Assembly (NCBI RefSeq): GCF_004010195.1
Contig: NC_057719.1
Coordinates: 87,174,284 to 87,194,283 of the forward strand
Origin: Chiloscyllium plagiosum
Lineage: Eukaryota
Reading direction: 5' to 3'
DNA length: 20,000 nt
Shown here: positions 1-10,326 of the stretch, piece by piece
How the letters are laid out: each line of letters starts with the position of its first letter
Numbering within the stretch: the first letter of the stretch is position 1
Notes under the pieces: generated by a model
Database searches by the model: none
What the model was told of the DNA's origin: nothing
What the model saw: only the letters and a program-made list of their open reading frames with translations
Position numbers and translations under genes: made by a program

Positions 1-204
1 GATTTTTGCCTAAGTCCCGAGCTGTTAAGAAGATTTAATTTTCACAGGAATAACTTGGCTGGTGTGCCTTTGTTGTATCCTTGTGTAAGTCAACATAGCG
101 GTCAGGCTGGTTTTATTCTCATAAAACCACTACAATAATATCCGAGACACTCCCATCAAACTATCTGACATCATTTCATGACTTATTAGCTCAATATTTC
201 AGAG

Positions 205-650
205 TCACATTGTTAACCAGCCTGGCTATATTTCCTTCCTGTAATGACATGAGTGAACCTGTTGAATTTAGAGAACAAAAGCAAAATCCTGTGGATGCTC
301 AAAATCTGAAATAAAAACCAAATGTTGGTGAAACTATGAATCTGGCAGCATCTGTGGAGAGAGAGAGAAAGACAGAGTTAATGTTTAGAGTCCAGTATGA
401 CTCATGAGTCGTACCAGCCTCAGAGTGTTAACACTCTCTTTCACAGGTTCTTCCAGAAGTGCTGAATTCCTCCAGCCTTCTCTGAAATTTTAGAACAGTT
501 TGCTAGTTTGTGATCATAATTACAGATTCCAGCTATCTTAATTGTTCAACGTTATTTAAAATCTTCTATCAATGGTTGGGATTTGAGCTCTTATCACTGA
601 ATCAATTGGGTGGGCATTTGAAGTACTAACCCATCTCTATAACCCTCAGG
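205..650 (-). mobile_element. Old, degenerate SacSINE1/DeuSINE-like SINE, interrupted by the hairpin element at ~272-490
   Basis: 231-270 (tttccttcctgtaatgacatgagtgaacctgttg) resembles 6096-6130 of the clearer copy. The segment 'gggatttgagctc...gtactaaccc' near 578-632 resembles its tRNA-like head. Highly diverged. Confidence 0.45.
272..490. mobile_element. Penelope-like short inverted-repeat (hairpin) element, old family C
   Basis: Left arm (…tctggcagcatctgtggagagagag…agttaatgtttagagtcc) and right arm (…gttaacactctctttcacaggttcttccaga…) are imperfect inverted repeats about a centre 'gactcatgagtc' (~399-410). Same family as 4455-4548. Confidence 0.6.
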
Positions 651-747
651 CTACAGTAACTGTTTCTAACATGAAGCGTAAACTGGCTGTGCCTATTCTA
701 TCAATCCATAATGCAAGAGGTGGGAGTCTGCATTAATTCTCAATGAT

Positions 748-1024
748 GTTAAAAATCACAAAACACCTGGTTTTAGTCCAACTGGTTTATTTACAACTAC
801 TAGCTTTTGGAGCGCTGTTCCTTCTTAAGATAGCTGTGGAGCAGGAACATAAGACACAAATTTCTTGCTATGAATTCTGTCTTTTGATCCTGCTCCACAG
901 CTACCTAAAGAAAGAAGTGCTCCGAAAGCTGTTGCTTCCAAATAAACCTGTTGGACTATAACCTGGAGGTGTGTGCTTTTTAACTTTGTCCAACCCAATC
1001 CAATGCCAGCAACTCCACATCATG
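748..1024. mobile_element. Penelope-like head-to-head hairpin element, family B, with degenerate hammerhead motifs in both arms
   Basis: 748-~865 (gttaaaaatcacaaaacacctggttttagtccaactggtttattt…) is the imperfect reverse complement of ~870-984 (…aaataaacctgttggactataacctggaggtgtgtgctttttaac). The right arm has an unpaired extension to 1024 and contains ctac-CTAAAGA…gctcc-GAAA-gct. Confidence 0.75.
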
Positions 1025-1312
1025 AGGAGGAGGAGAAGATGTCTGCTCCATTTGAATACAATGAAAGGTGGATACAAGTTTATTTCTGTTTGTGTGGGAG
1101 GGGTATGTATGGAAAATATATTGATGCTATATACTGAGTTACACAGTTCAGTGCTGTTCTTACTTGGTATGCAAGTTTCACTGCACCACGTGACCTTGCT
1201 CTTTGAGAAGTTGTTTGACTAAAGAAAGCATCAGCACTGAGTCTGAACCAATCCTCAGTCAATATTCCCACTGAGATGACAGGAGTAGCATATCAGTTGC
1301 ATGGCACTGTGA

Positions 1313-1441
1313 TCTTCTGCCATAAGTTTTGTATCTTATGATCCTGCCCCACTAGCTACCTGACAAAGGAAATGCATTTCGAAAGCTGGTACTTTCAAAT
1401 AAACCTATTGGACTATAACCTGGTGTGGTGTGATTTTTAAC
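1313..1441 (+). mobile_element. Single-arm copy of Penelope-like family B
   Basis: Clear similarity to 870-984 (gatcctgc..cactagctacctgacaaagg…cgaaagctggtac..caaataaacctattggactataacctggtgtggtgtgatttttaac). Confidence 0.75.
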
Positions 1442-1794
1442 CATGATCTGAAAGGGCATTCCTTACCTGAGCTGAAATGTGTGGGATAGGAAATGAAATG
1501 GAATGAGGTTCTCCAGTGTAAAATTGTAAAGATTGCAGAGGATGTTTGTACTTTGAATATTCAGGTTTTTTCAGGTTATCTTTTCCGTTTCCCTATCTCC
1601 TGTGTCACACTTGGAAATCAAAGTGCTACCATTTCTAGAGTCATCACAAAAGTTGAAAGTTTTATCGAAGTACGCAAAGGCACTAATTTACTGGTCAGAG
1701 CCAGGTTAACTGAAAACATGGCATGTTTCTGTACTTAGAATCAATTTATTTGCAATAAATAACAATACTTAAGTACAAGTACAAGCTGTCAACA

Positions 1795-2826
1795 TATAAC
1801 TCAGAGTTGTAAGCATGAAAACTTCAATCCAACTTGTCCATGCCAACCAGATATCCCAAATAAATCCAATCCCATTTGCTAGCACTTGGCACGTATGCCC
1901 TCCAACCCTTCCTATTCATATGTCCATCCAGATGTTTTTTAAATGTTATAAATATACCAGCCTCCAACCACTTCCTTTGGCAATTCATTCCATACACACA
2001 CAACTCTGTGTGAAAATGTTGCCCGTTAGGTCCCTTTTAAGTCTTTCCCCTCTTATCTTAAACCTATGCCCAGTAGTTTTGTACTTTCCTCACCCCGAGG
2101 AAAAGAGCTTGGCTATTCACCCTATTCCTGCCTGTCATGACCTTGTAAACCTCTATAAACTCACCCCTCAGCCTCTGACACTCCAGGCAAACAAGCCGCA
2201 GCCTCTCCCTATAGCTCAAACTCTCCAATCCTTGCAACATCCTTATAAATCTTTTCTGAGCCCTTTCAAGTTTCACAACATCTTTCTTGTAGCAGGGAGA
2301 CCAGAATTGAGTATATTCTAAAAGTGGCCTAATCAATGTCCTGTACAGTTACAACATGACCTCCCAACTCCTATACTCTATGCAACTGCCAATAAAGGCA
2401 AGCATACTAATCACTGCCTTCACTATCCTGTCCTTTCTGGGCCTCCAATTTCAAGGAACTATGAACATGCACTCCAAGGTCTCTGTTCAGCAACACTCCC
2501 TTACACTTTATCTTTCCAAAGTGCACAACCTCACATTTATCTAATTTATCTAAATTTATATAAATGATGCAAAGCAGTGGACCCAGCACCGATCCTTGTG
2601 ACACATCACTGTCTTCTACCTTTGAGCCATTTCTGTATACCATGTGATCTAATCTTGCCTGCCTGTCTGCTGTAAGAAGCCTTGTCAAACAATTTATAGA
2701 TCACTTCCACTGCTCTGCCCATATCAATCCGCTGTTACTTCAACAAAGTCAATCAAGTTACTGAGACATGATTTCCCATGCACAAAGCCATGTTGACTCT
2801 TCCTAATCAGTCCTTGCCTTTCCAAG
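1795..2826 (-). mobile_element. CR1 LINE 3' fragment (RT C-terminal part and 3' UTR), decayed
   Basis: Minus-strand translations give RPLLEYTQFWSPCYKKDVVKLERAQKRFIRMLQGLESLSYRERL and SQGSVLGPLLCIIYIN, both CR1 ORF2 motifs, broken by frameshifts and deletions. Confidence 0.9.
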
Positions 2827-3311
2827 TGTAGCACTAGAGCCAGGTTGCAGTAGACCCAGACTGGGAACGCCTGGTCATCAGCGTGGTGGTGGCAGCGGCA
2901 GCTCTTGGTTGTAGTAGGCCCGGAGCCAGGCTGTCCTGGCTATTGGTGAGGTAGCAGTGCCAGAGGCTTCTAGTTGCAGAGGGAGTGTGGGTCTAGCACA
3001 GGATCTGGCATCAGCCAGGTGGGCCCAGTGACAATGATGGCACCTGAAGAGTGGTAGCTCCAACTTGGTGGGTCCAGTACAGTTGATGACAAGGTGGTGG
3101 AGGAGGCATGGTGGTGCTAATGTCATTGGTGAGCTAGCTCAAGACTCTTGGTGGAGGTAGCAGAACAAAGCTGCACTCTCTTTTAGCAAGTCTTTTTATT
3201 CTTAAAATCATTCAAAATGGCACTGGATTGTTACAGCAGTTGAAGCTTTCCACTATTTTACTGTATCATTTACTGTCAAATACAAGTGACAATAATTCAT
3301 CGTTCATTCAC
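2827..3311 (+). mobile_element. Probable non-autonomous non-LTR element: GC-rich body with a Rex1/Babar-like 3' tail
   Basis: Ends in 'gcttttcactatttta…aatacaagtgacaataattcatcgttcattca', which resembles the Rex1-type tail seen in reverse at 14185-14215, followed by a (TTCA)n-like repeat. The body has no recognisable ORF. Confidence 0.4.
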
Positions 3312-3568
3312 ATTAAATGCGAAGACTGTCAAGTTACTGGTTAAAGCCACAGCTTACAGCAACTGCTGAAGTGAGGTTCTTGTGATACAGTGGTAGTGTC
3401 CCTACTTCTGAGCAGGTTAATTAGAAAATATTTACAGCAATTAGTGAGGTAAAATAAACTGGCCTTTTTTTCAGGCTTCAGATTTGTTTTTTACTGAAGC
3501 AAAAGACATGCCACTTCCCCTTCAGGGATGTCCAAAGGCTTCTGCCAGTATTGCTCCCACCCACAAGT

Positions 3569-3650
3569 TAAAAACAATGACTGCAGATGCTGGAAACCAG
3601 ATTCTGGATCAGTGGTGCTGGAAGAGCACAGCAATTCAGGCAGCATCCGA
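3569..3650 (-). mobile_element. Truncated Penelope-like family A terminal fragment
   Basis: aaaacaatgactgcagatgctggaaaccagattctggatcagtggtgctggaagagcacagcaattcaggcagcatccga is nearly identical to 7624-7703. Confidence 0.8.
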
Positions 3651-3849
3651 ACCCACCCACAAGTTGTTAAGGTACAAAAAATACAATATATGCACCTATC
3701 CCTCCAATCCTTCCTTGTTTCTGAATTGCTCGATGAGAAGCAAGCACGCTCCTTTGGACAATTTCTTGTGTCTGAAGCCTTTTGCTCTGCTGCAAAAGAG
3801 TTAACAGAATAAAACCAAGCATGCTTTGGGTACAGCGGTCATTATCTTG

Positions 3850-4025
3850 AGTACAGTAGTGCAGAGATCATGTTACTGGATTAATAATCCTAAATTTGAG
3901 ATTTCAAATCTCACCATTTTAGAATATGAGCCTTAGCTTTCAAAACATCAAGTGAAAGTCATTGTGAAAAGCTATTGGGATTGTGATAAGCATGTAGCTG
4001 GTTCGTTAATGTCACTTAAGGCAAG
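3850..4025 (+). mobile_element. Degenerate SacSINE1/DeuSINE-like SINE 5' part
   Basis: 'gttactggattaataatcc…ttcaaatctcacc…gctggttcgttaatgtcacttaagg' parallels the reverse complement of the 5975-6292 copy. Confidence 0.45.
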
Positions 4026-4215
4026 AAAACAAGGAACAGATATAGGCCTTTCAACCCTCCAGCACAATCTTGTATTTAATAAGGTCAGGCTGATTACATT
4101 TTAACCTCAAGTCTATGTTGCTGGTGATCTTTCACCCTTTGCTTATTAAGAACCTATCTGCATCGTGACATAAAAATATCCAAGCACTGCTTTGATGGAC
4201 TTTTCATGAGTTACC
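4026..4215 (-). mobile_element. CR1 3' end fragment, decayed
   Basis: 'aggaacagatataggcctttcaaccctcc…tttaataaggtcaggctgat' is similar to the CR1 tails at 10935 and 12210. Confidence 0.55.
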
Positions 4216-4454
4216 CACTTCCCCTTTTAAAATTCTGTTTTTACCCCAGTGTTCACGCGACTCTCCTGAAATTGATTGCAATCCAAATCAAAGTTAATCA
4301 AGCTCCTTTACTTTGTGAGATTTCAACATGTGATCCTAGACTCAGTGTTTGCTTATGTTTGGAGACTAGCAGTGACCTCCACTGAGCTCTGTGGGATACC
4401 AGTCTAATAAACATTGGCATGATTCAAACCATAGTTACTTCAAATTCTTTCACT

Positions 4455-4548
4455 TTTGATGTAGATTAGACTCGAAGAGTTAACTCTGTTTCTCTCTCGG
4501 CAGATGCTGCCAGACCTGGTGAGTTTTGTCAGTGTTTGTTTCAGTTCT
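4455..4548 (+). mobile_element. Penelope-like family C fragment
   Basis: gactcgaagagttaactctgtttctctctcggcagatgctgccagacctggtgagtttt is similar to the reverse complement of the left arm at 330-395. Confidence 0.6.
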
Positions 4549-4956
4549 GCGACTGACTTGTGACCCTCTGACATTCTCTTGCAATAACGTGTGTCTTCAT
4601 TTTATCAACACCCCATCTCCATCACATCTTACTCACTGCCTTCTCAAAATCCACGCACACAAAAAAAATTGTCAGGCATGACTTGCCTTGTGAGACTGAC
4701 ACTGGGCTGACAAGTTTCAAGTTACCTGGTTTATCTCTCTCTCTTGTTACACAACCACCCACACCTATAATTCTTTGGAATATCTTCCATGTCAAAGGAG
4801 ATTGAATGTCTGTGAACAGAGCTTTGCCTTCCTTCGGTCGATAGGATGTAAATCATCTTTTTAATCAAAATTCCCTACATTTCACCAGCATTTCCTGCTC
4901 TATAATTATCATTCCAATATCTCCTTGTGCTCTTAATATCCTCCTCTCACACTGTA

Positions 4957-5115
4957 CAGAGGAAGCTCAATTATCTAAAGGACATGGGCGGAAAGTATTT
5001 TGTTCAGTTAATTGAATACTGGATAACATAGTTAGCCACGCATCAGGACCATACGATCTTGTTCGGATGATCCGAAGTCCCGTTAATCGAATGCCAGATA
5101 ATCGAGGCTCCTCTG
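4957..5115. mobile_element. Tc1/mariner (pogo/Tigger-type) MITE, 159 bp
   Basis: TA at 4955-4956 and 5116-5117 (TSD). Terminal inverted repeats CAGAGGAAGCTCAATTATCT (4957-4976) and AGATAATCGAGGCTCCTCTG (5096-5115) match at 17/20 positions. No ORF. Confidence 0.8.
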
Positions 5116-5204
5116 TAATGTGTTGCCGCAGAGCAAAAAGCCCTTGAAGTACACGTTCATAGTTGATTGAAAGTGGAGTTACAGGTAGACAGGGCAGTGA
5201 AGAA

Positions 5205-5842
5205 GACATTTGGTACGCTGTCCTTTGTTGGTCAGTGCACTGAGTATAGTAGTTCAGAGGTCATGTTGTAGCTGTAAAAAACATTGGTTGGGCCACTTTT
5301 GGAATACTACATTCAGTTCTCATCTCCCTGCTATAGGAAAGATGTTGTGAAACTTGAAAGGGTTCAGAAACAACTTACAAGGATGTTGCTGGGTTGGAGG
5401 GTTTGAGCTATAGGGAGAGGCTGAATAGGCTGGGGCTGTTTTCCCTGGAGCATCGAAGGCTGAAGGGTGACCTTATAGGGGTTTATAAAATCATGGGCAT
5501 GGATAGGGTAAATCAAAAAGGTCTTTTCCCCAGGGTGGGGGAGTTCAGAACTAGAGGGCATAGGTTTAAAGTGAGAGATTCATTTTAAATCCTTCCCCTC
5601 CATGGCAACTTTTTCATGCAGAGGATGGTGCATGTATGGAATGAGCTGCCAGAGGAAGTGGTGGAGGCTGGTACATTTACAACATTTAAAAGGCATCTGG
5701 ATGGGTATATGAATAGGAAGAGTTTAGAGGAACATGGGCCACATGCTGACAAATGTAACTAAATTAGGTTGGGATGTGTGGTCACATGGACAAGTTGGAC
5801 CGAAGGGTCTATTTCAGTGCTGTATATTTCTGTGACTCTTCT
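5205..5842 (+). mobile_element. CR1 LINE 3' fragment
   Basis: Translates to EGLSYRERLNRLGLFSLEHRRLKGDLIGVYKIM…RTRGHRFKV, followed by the CR1 3' UTR ending 'tgctgtatatttctgtgactct'. Confidence 0.9.
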
Positions 5843-5974
5843 AATCAGGTGAGGAGAGATGATTGCACTTCCCTCTTTTCAACCTTTCTGGTTCCGGGTT
5901 TTCTGATCATTTTAACCACAATGCTATACCTCACTCTAGTTATTCTTCTATTCTAGCGTGCTGGTATCACTGTT

Positions 5975-6292
5975 ATGGCAGGCATTTATTATCCAACCTG
6001 AGTTGGCCTTGCTTTGTCTAGCTCTTTAGGCCATTTCAGAACAAACCACATGGGTCTGGAGGCACATGTAAGCCAGACCAGGTAAGGAGGGCAGATTTCT
6101 TTCCCTAAAGGGCATTAGTGAACCAGATGACCAACAATAATTAGATGACCACCATTGGACTAGCTTTTAATTCCAGATTTAGATCAAATTCAAATTGCAC
6201 TATCTGCCATGGTGGGATTTGAACAGATATCCCCAGCACATCAGCCTGGGGTTCTGGATTACTGACCGGTATCATTACCACTGCATCACCAT
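5975..6292 (-). mobile_element. SacSINE1/DeuSINE-like tRNA-derived SINE
   Basis: The minus strand has a tRNA-like head (GCAGTGGTAATG…GTTCAAATCCC, A/B-box-like), a central CATCTGGTTCACTAATGCCCTTTAGGGAAG domain, and a 3' tail (…GGATAATAAATGCCTGCC) similar to the 3' end of the LINE at 16840-16880. Confidence 0.7.
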
Positions 6293-6369
6293 AATCAATC
6301 AGAGAGTGCACATAGCAAGGGGAATGCAGTAGTAATGGCTGATATCAAGCTACGTACAGACTGGTGAAT

Positions 6370-6775
6370 CTAATGATAATCCTAATAGAAGTTTATAAGA
6401 TTATGAATGGCATCGATGGAGTGGAAGTATGAGGCTTTTTTGTGAGATGGAGATGTCCATTACTAGGGGACACAGGTTCACGATTGGGGGAGGGGGGGGG
6501 GGCGGGGTGGATAGAGATATTTAAAAGAGAGGTGCTAGGCAAGTTTTTTTCCATGCAAAAGGCAGCGAGTACCTGAAATTTGTTGCCAGAGGAGGTGGTG
6601 GAAGGAGACACAATAACAGCTTTTAAGAAACACTTATATATGAATCTGTAGGGAATAGAGGGATACAGATCCTATAAGTGAAGACTGTTTTAATATGGAA
6701 GGGCAAAACGTAGTGGTGGAGGTTTGAAGGGCTGGAAGGCCTACTGCTGTGCTATATTGTTCTTTGTTCTTTTTG
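6370..6775 (+). mobile_element. CR1 LINE 3' fragment, decayed
   Basis: 'ctaatagaagtttataagattatgaatggcatcgat' (LIEVYKIM), 'actaggggacac' (TRGH) and a CR1-type 3' UTR. Confidence 0.8.
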
Positions 6776-6949
6776 CACTATACCCTGGAACCATCCAGGG
6801 CATAAATCTAGTATTACGCAGTGAGAAAGGTTTATTAGTAATCATGTTATAACAGAAACTTCAGGAATTGGAGGCCTTGGTATTATAGAATTTTCCAGTG
6901 ACTTTGTAAAGGCAAAGATTGATCTAAAATTGGGACTTTAAATGTAAAC

Positions 6950-7208
6950 AGGGGCAATTCATCTAAATCGTACAATCCCTACACTCTATTAAGTTCACAC
7001 CAACCCACTGAAGAGCATCCCACCCTCCTTCCTGGGTCTCTGCACTTCCCATGGCCCATCTAATTTGCGTATTTTTGGTCTGTGGGAGAAAATCAGAACA
7101 TACCCGCGCAGACACGTCGAGAATGTGAAAACTCCTGATGGTGGAATTGAATCCAGGTCCTTGCTGCTGTGAGATAGCAGTGCTAACTACTGAGCTGCTG
7201 TACCGTCC
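6950..7208 (-). mobile_element. HE1-like V-SINE, older degenerate copy
   Basis: 'tgtgggagaaaatcaga…cgcagacacg..gagaatgtgaaaactcc…ggaattgaatccagg…gcagtgctaactactgagc' aligns by eye to 16000-16150. Confidence 0.75.
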
Positions 7209-7209
7209 A

Positions 7210-8236
7210 ATTATGGAGGTTAGAGAAGGAAGTTGGCTGTAGTGGATTGAAAGACACATTAAACGGCTTGACAATAGATGGGCAATACCTAATATTTCAA
7301 AAAAATTCTTTCCTACAAAGCAAACGCACCCAACAGAAATGTAAGAGAACCATGGCTAACAAAGGAAGTTTCAGGTAGTATTAGATCACAGCTATACACT
7401 TATAAAGTTGCCAATATAAGTTGTCAGACAAATGATTGGGAGAATTTTAGAATTCAGCAAAAAACTCATAAAGAGATTGGAATATGAATGTAAATTTGCA
7501 AAAATTACAAAAATAGACTTTTAAAGCTTCTATAAGTTTCTAACAAAGAAAGGATTAACAAAGACAAATATGGAAGGAGAGCATGAAGGCTTACCAAACT
7601 GTTTCCTGGGATAAAAATGAGGTAAAAACAATGACTGCAGATGCTGGAAACCAGATTCTGGATTAGTAGTGCTGGAAGAGCACAGCAGTTCAGGCAGCAT
7701 CCAAGGCTGCTCCTTGGATGCTGCCTGAACTGCTGTTTCCTGGGATGGCAGGACTGACCTACTGGATCGGTTAGGAACGTAGGATCAGGAACAGGCTATT
7801 TAGCCCTTGAACCTAATCCAAAAAGGAACATTTAGGACTATAATTCACTGGAATTTAGAAGACTGAGTGGGGGCAGAGGGTGGGTCTCATAAAAATTTCT
7901 GAAATTCCAACAGGATGAAGCAGGATAAATACAGGAAGGATGTCCCCAATGACTGAGGAATCAGAACCAAGGGTCACACTTTAAGGATAGGGGTGGGCCA
8001 GTTAGGACTAAGATGAGGAGAAATGCCTTCACCAAGAGAGTGGGGAGTCTGTGGGATTCTCTGCCATGGAAAACAGTTGAGGCCAAAACATTGGATGTTT
8101 CCAAGAAGGAGTTATATATAGTTCTGAAGGCTAAAGGGACTTAAGGGTACGGGTAGAAAGCAGGTATTGGCTTAGGTGATCATATTGAATGATGGAGCAG
8201 ACTCAAAGAGCCAAGTGGTCGACTGCTGTTTTTGTT
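7210..8236 (+). mobile_element. Composite CR1 remnants (ORF2 linker and 3' end), interrupted by a hairpin element
   Basis: 'ccatggctaacaaaggaagtt' (PWLTKEV), 'accaaactgtttcctgggatggcaggactgacctac' (TKLFPGMAGLTY after removing the insert), 'agaaccaagggtcac' (RTKGH) and a CR1 3' UTR. Confidence 0.75.
7613..7736. mobile_element. Penelope-like family A hairpin insertion with 14-bp TSD
   Basis: TSD ctgtttcctgggat at 7599-7612 and 7733-7746. Perfect 25-bp inverted repeat at 7682-7706 / 7712-7736 with a 5-nt loop. Confidence 0.85.
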
Positions 8237-8299
8237 TTCAATGCCTGCTGCTCGACAGCACGTAACCTGTTTCAACTCCACAAAGTGTATGACAGTCAT

Positions 8300-8525
8300 T
8301 TGGTTTTTCATTGCTGGGACAAGGCCCTGATGAATCAGGGTCAAACTGACTGACTATTAACTGTAAGTCATCATTTATTGGTGTACTCTCCGTGGTAATG
8401 GCTCTATCATTCAAGGGTTCACTTGCCAAACAATCAGCACTCTCCTTATGCAGTTTTAAGGCTGAATCGGTATTCTTGCAAATTGTCCTGATGGGTCTGG
8501 GAAGAAAGGCTTCAACAGGTGCTCA
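8300..8525 (+). mobile_element. Possible Penelope-like 3' end (family D) with decayed hammerhead motif
   Basis: 'ttgccaaacaatcagcactctcc…ggtattcttgcaaattgtc-CTGATGg…GAAAggcttcaac' (8485-8516). Recalled similarity only; a single copy in the window. Confidence 0.35.
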
Positions 8526-8734
8526 AATTCTGTGCTTCCAAATGACTGCTTCTCTCACGTCTTAATATTCCTTTTGACTTTCTTCCCCTTATGTTTAAAT
8601 TTACACCGTTCCCCTCAGAACCTCTATGACTATAACTAATGACTTGAGTCACAAATCTGTTCCCAGGCCCATGCACCTCAACGCTGGGTTCTTCTTGGTC
8701 TCAGTGCAGGCTGCAGTTCCAAACTCAGTTATAG

Positions 8735-9266
8735 AATTCTAGAGTCATACAGCATGGAAACAGACCCTTCAAGTCCAACCAGTCCATGCTGAACATAATC
8801 CCAAACAAAACTAGTCCCACCTGCCTTCTCCTGGCCCATATCCTTCCAAACCTTTCCTATTTATGTATTTAGCTGAATGTCTTTATACCCACATCCACCA
8901 CTTCTTTGGGAAGTTCATTCTACACACGAACCACCCTTTATAAAAAAATTTCTGCCCCGCATGTCTTTTTAAATCTCTCTCCTTAAAAATTTGTCCCCTA
9001 GTCTTGAAATCCCCTATCTGAGGGAAAAGGTAACTGCCATTAACTCTATCTGTACCCCTCATTATTTTATAAACCTCCATCAGGTCACCTCTCAACCTTC
9101 TACGATCCAGTGAAAAGATTCCCAGCCAATCCAGCCTTTCTTTATAACTCAAACCTTCCATACCCGGCAACATCCTTGTAAACCTCTTCCAAGACCTCTC
9201 CAACTACCTTCCTATAACTGGGTGGCCAGATTTGGATACAGTGTTCCAGATGAGGTCTCACCAATG
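8735..9266 (-). mobile_element. CR1 LINE 3' fragment
   Basis: Translates to TLVRPHLEHCIQIWPPSYRK and KRFTRMLPGMEGLSYKERLDWLGIFSLDRRRLRGDLMEVYKIMRG, followed by the CR1 3' UTR. Confidence 0.9.
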
Positions 9267-9912
9267 TCTGGGCCTGTTCGCATTCACTAGCCACACAATG
9301 GGCTGCACTGTCAATGATGGGCTGATATTGAGGATGATTTCTAATTTCTTCATTGATGCTCGTGCTATAATACAATGAGCTATATCTGTCTTCAGTTCGC
9401 TTGTACTTTCCCAGCCCCTTTCGCTGTGTTTCCATTCAACACTGGCCTGAATGTTTTCCCATAATGGAGAGATTTTTTTCTCTGTTGTTTTCTCTTTTAA
9501 TAAATGTTTGTTAAATTCCTGAATCCTTTGAGTCTAATCGCCTGACTGATCTGGCTCCTATTGTTTGAGCAACATTTGGCTCCATTGATGAATTTAGTTT
9601 CCCAGAGGAGCAGGACTGAGGGAATTGAGAGGGAGACAGGGAAAGTTCACATTGTGTCTCTTGTATTGAACATACAGGAAGATCTGCATTACTACGATAA
9701 ACCCAAGGCTGTGATTGCAGCAAGACTTGTCATACTTTGACTCCTTATTCATTATTTTCTTGGACGTGCTATTTATTTTCCTGTTATTTATGGTTCTCTA
9801 ACCACACAACTGTGCCTCCCCCCATCCCAATCCCCAATGCATTGCAACAACAGGTAGAATCTGTATGTTTAGAGACATGATCAACTGGCTCAAGCAAAGA
9901 GATTACATTCAG

Positions 9913-10326
9913 CACTGTCCCCCTCAAACACTCCCCAGATAGGGATAGCACGGAGTTAGATGCAGAGAAAAGGTCTCTCTACATTGTCCCCCTGAAACAT
10001 TCCCCAGATAGGGACAGCACGGGGTTAGATACAGAGTAAAGCTCCCTGTACATTGTTCTCATCAAATACTCCCCGGATAGGGACAGCACAGAGTTAGATA
10101 CAGAGTAAAGCTCCCTGTACACTGTCCCCATCAAATATTCCCCGGATAGGGACAGCACAGAGTTAGATACAGAGTAAAGCTCCCTGTACACTGTCCCCAT
10201 CAAATACTCCCCGGATAGGGACAGCACAGAGTTAGATACAGAGTAAAGCTCCCTGTACACTGTCCCCATCAAATACTCCCTGGATAGCAACAACACAGGG
10301 TTAGACACAGCGTAAAGCACCCTCTA
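9913..10326. repeat. 69-bp minisatellite, 6 copies
   Basis: Unit cactgtccccatcaaatactccccggatagggacagcacagagttagatacagagtaaagctccctgta. 'gggacagcac' recurs at 10011, 10080, 10149 and 10218 (period 69). Inner copies are near-identical; outer copies are diverged. Confidence 0.95.

Noticed and set aside
6486..6510. G-quadruplex-capable G-runs (also 19833-19853)
   Set aside because: They lie inside decayed repeats (poly-G expansion or element body), with no evidence of function.
9913..10326. CRISPR-like array or repeat protein (ORF 9979-10320)
   Set aside because: The units are contiguous tandem copies with no unique spacers, in a eukaryotic context. The ORF is a by-product of the 69-bp period.
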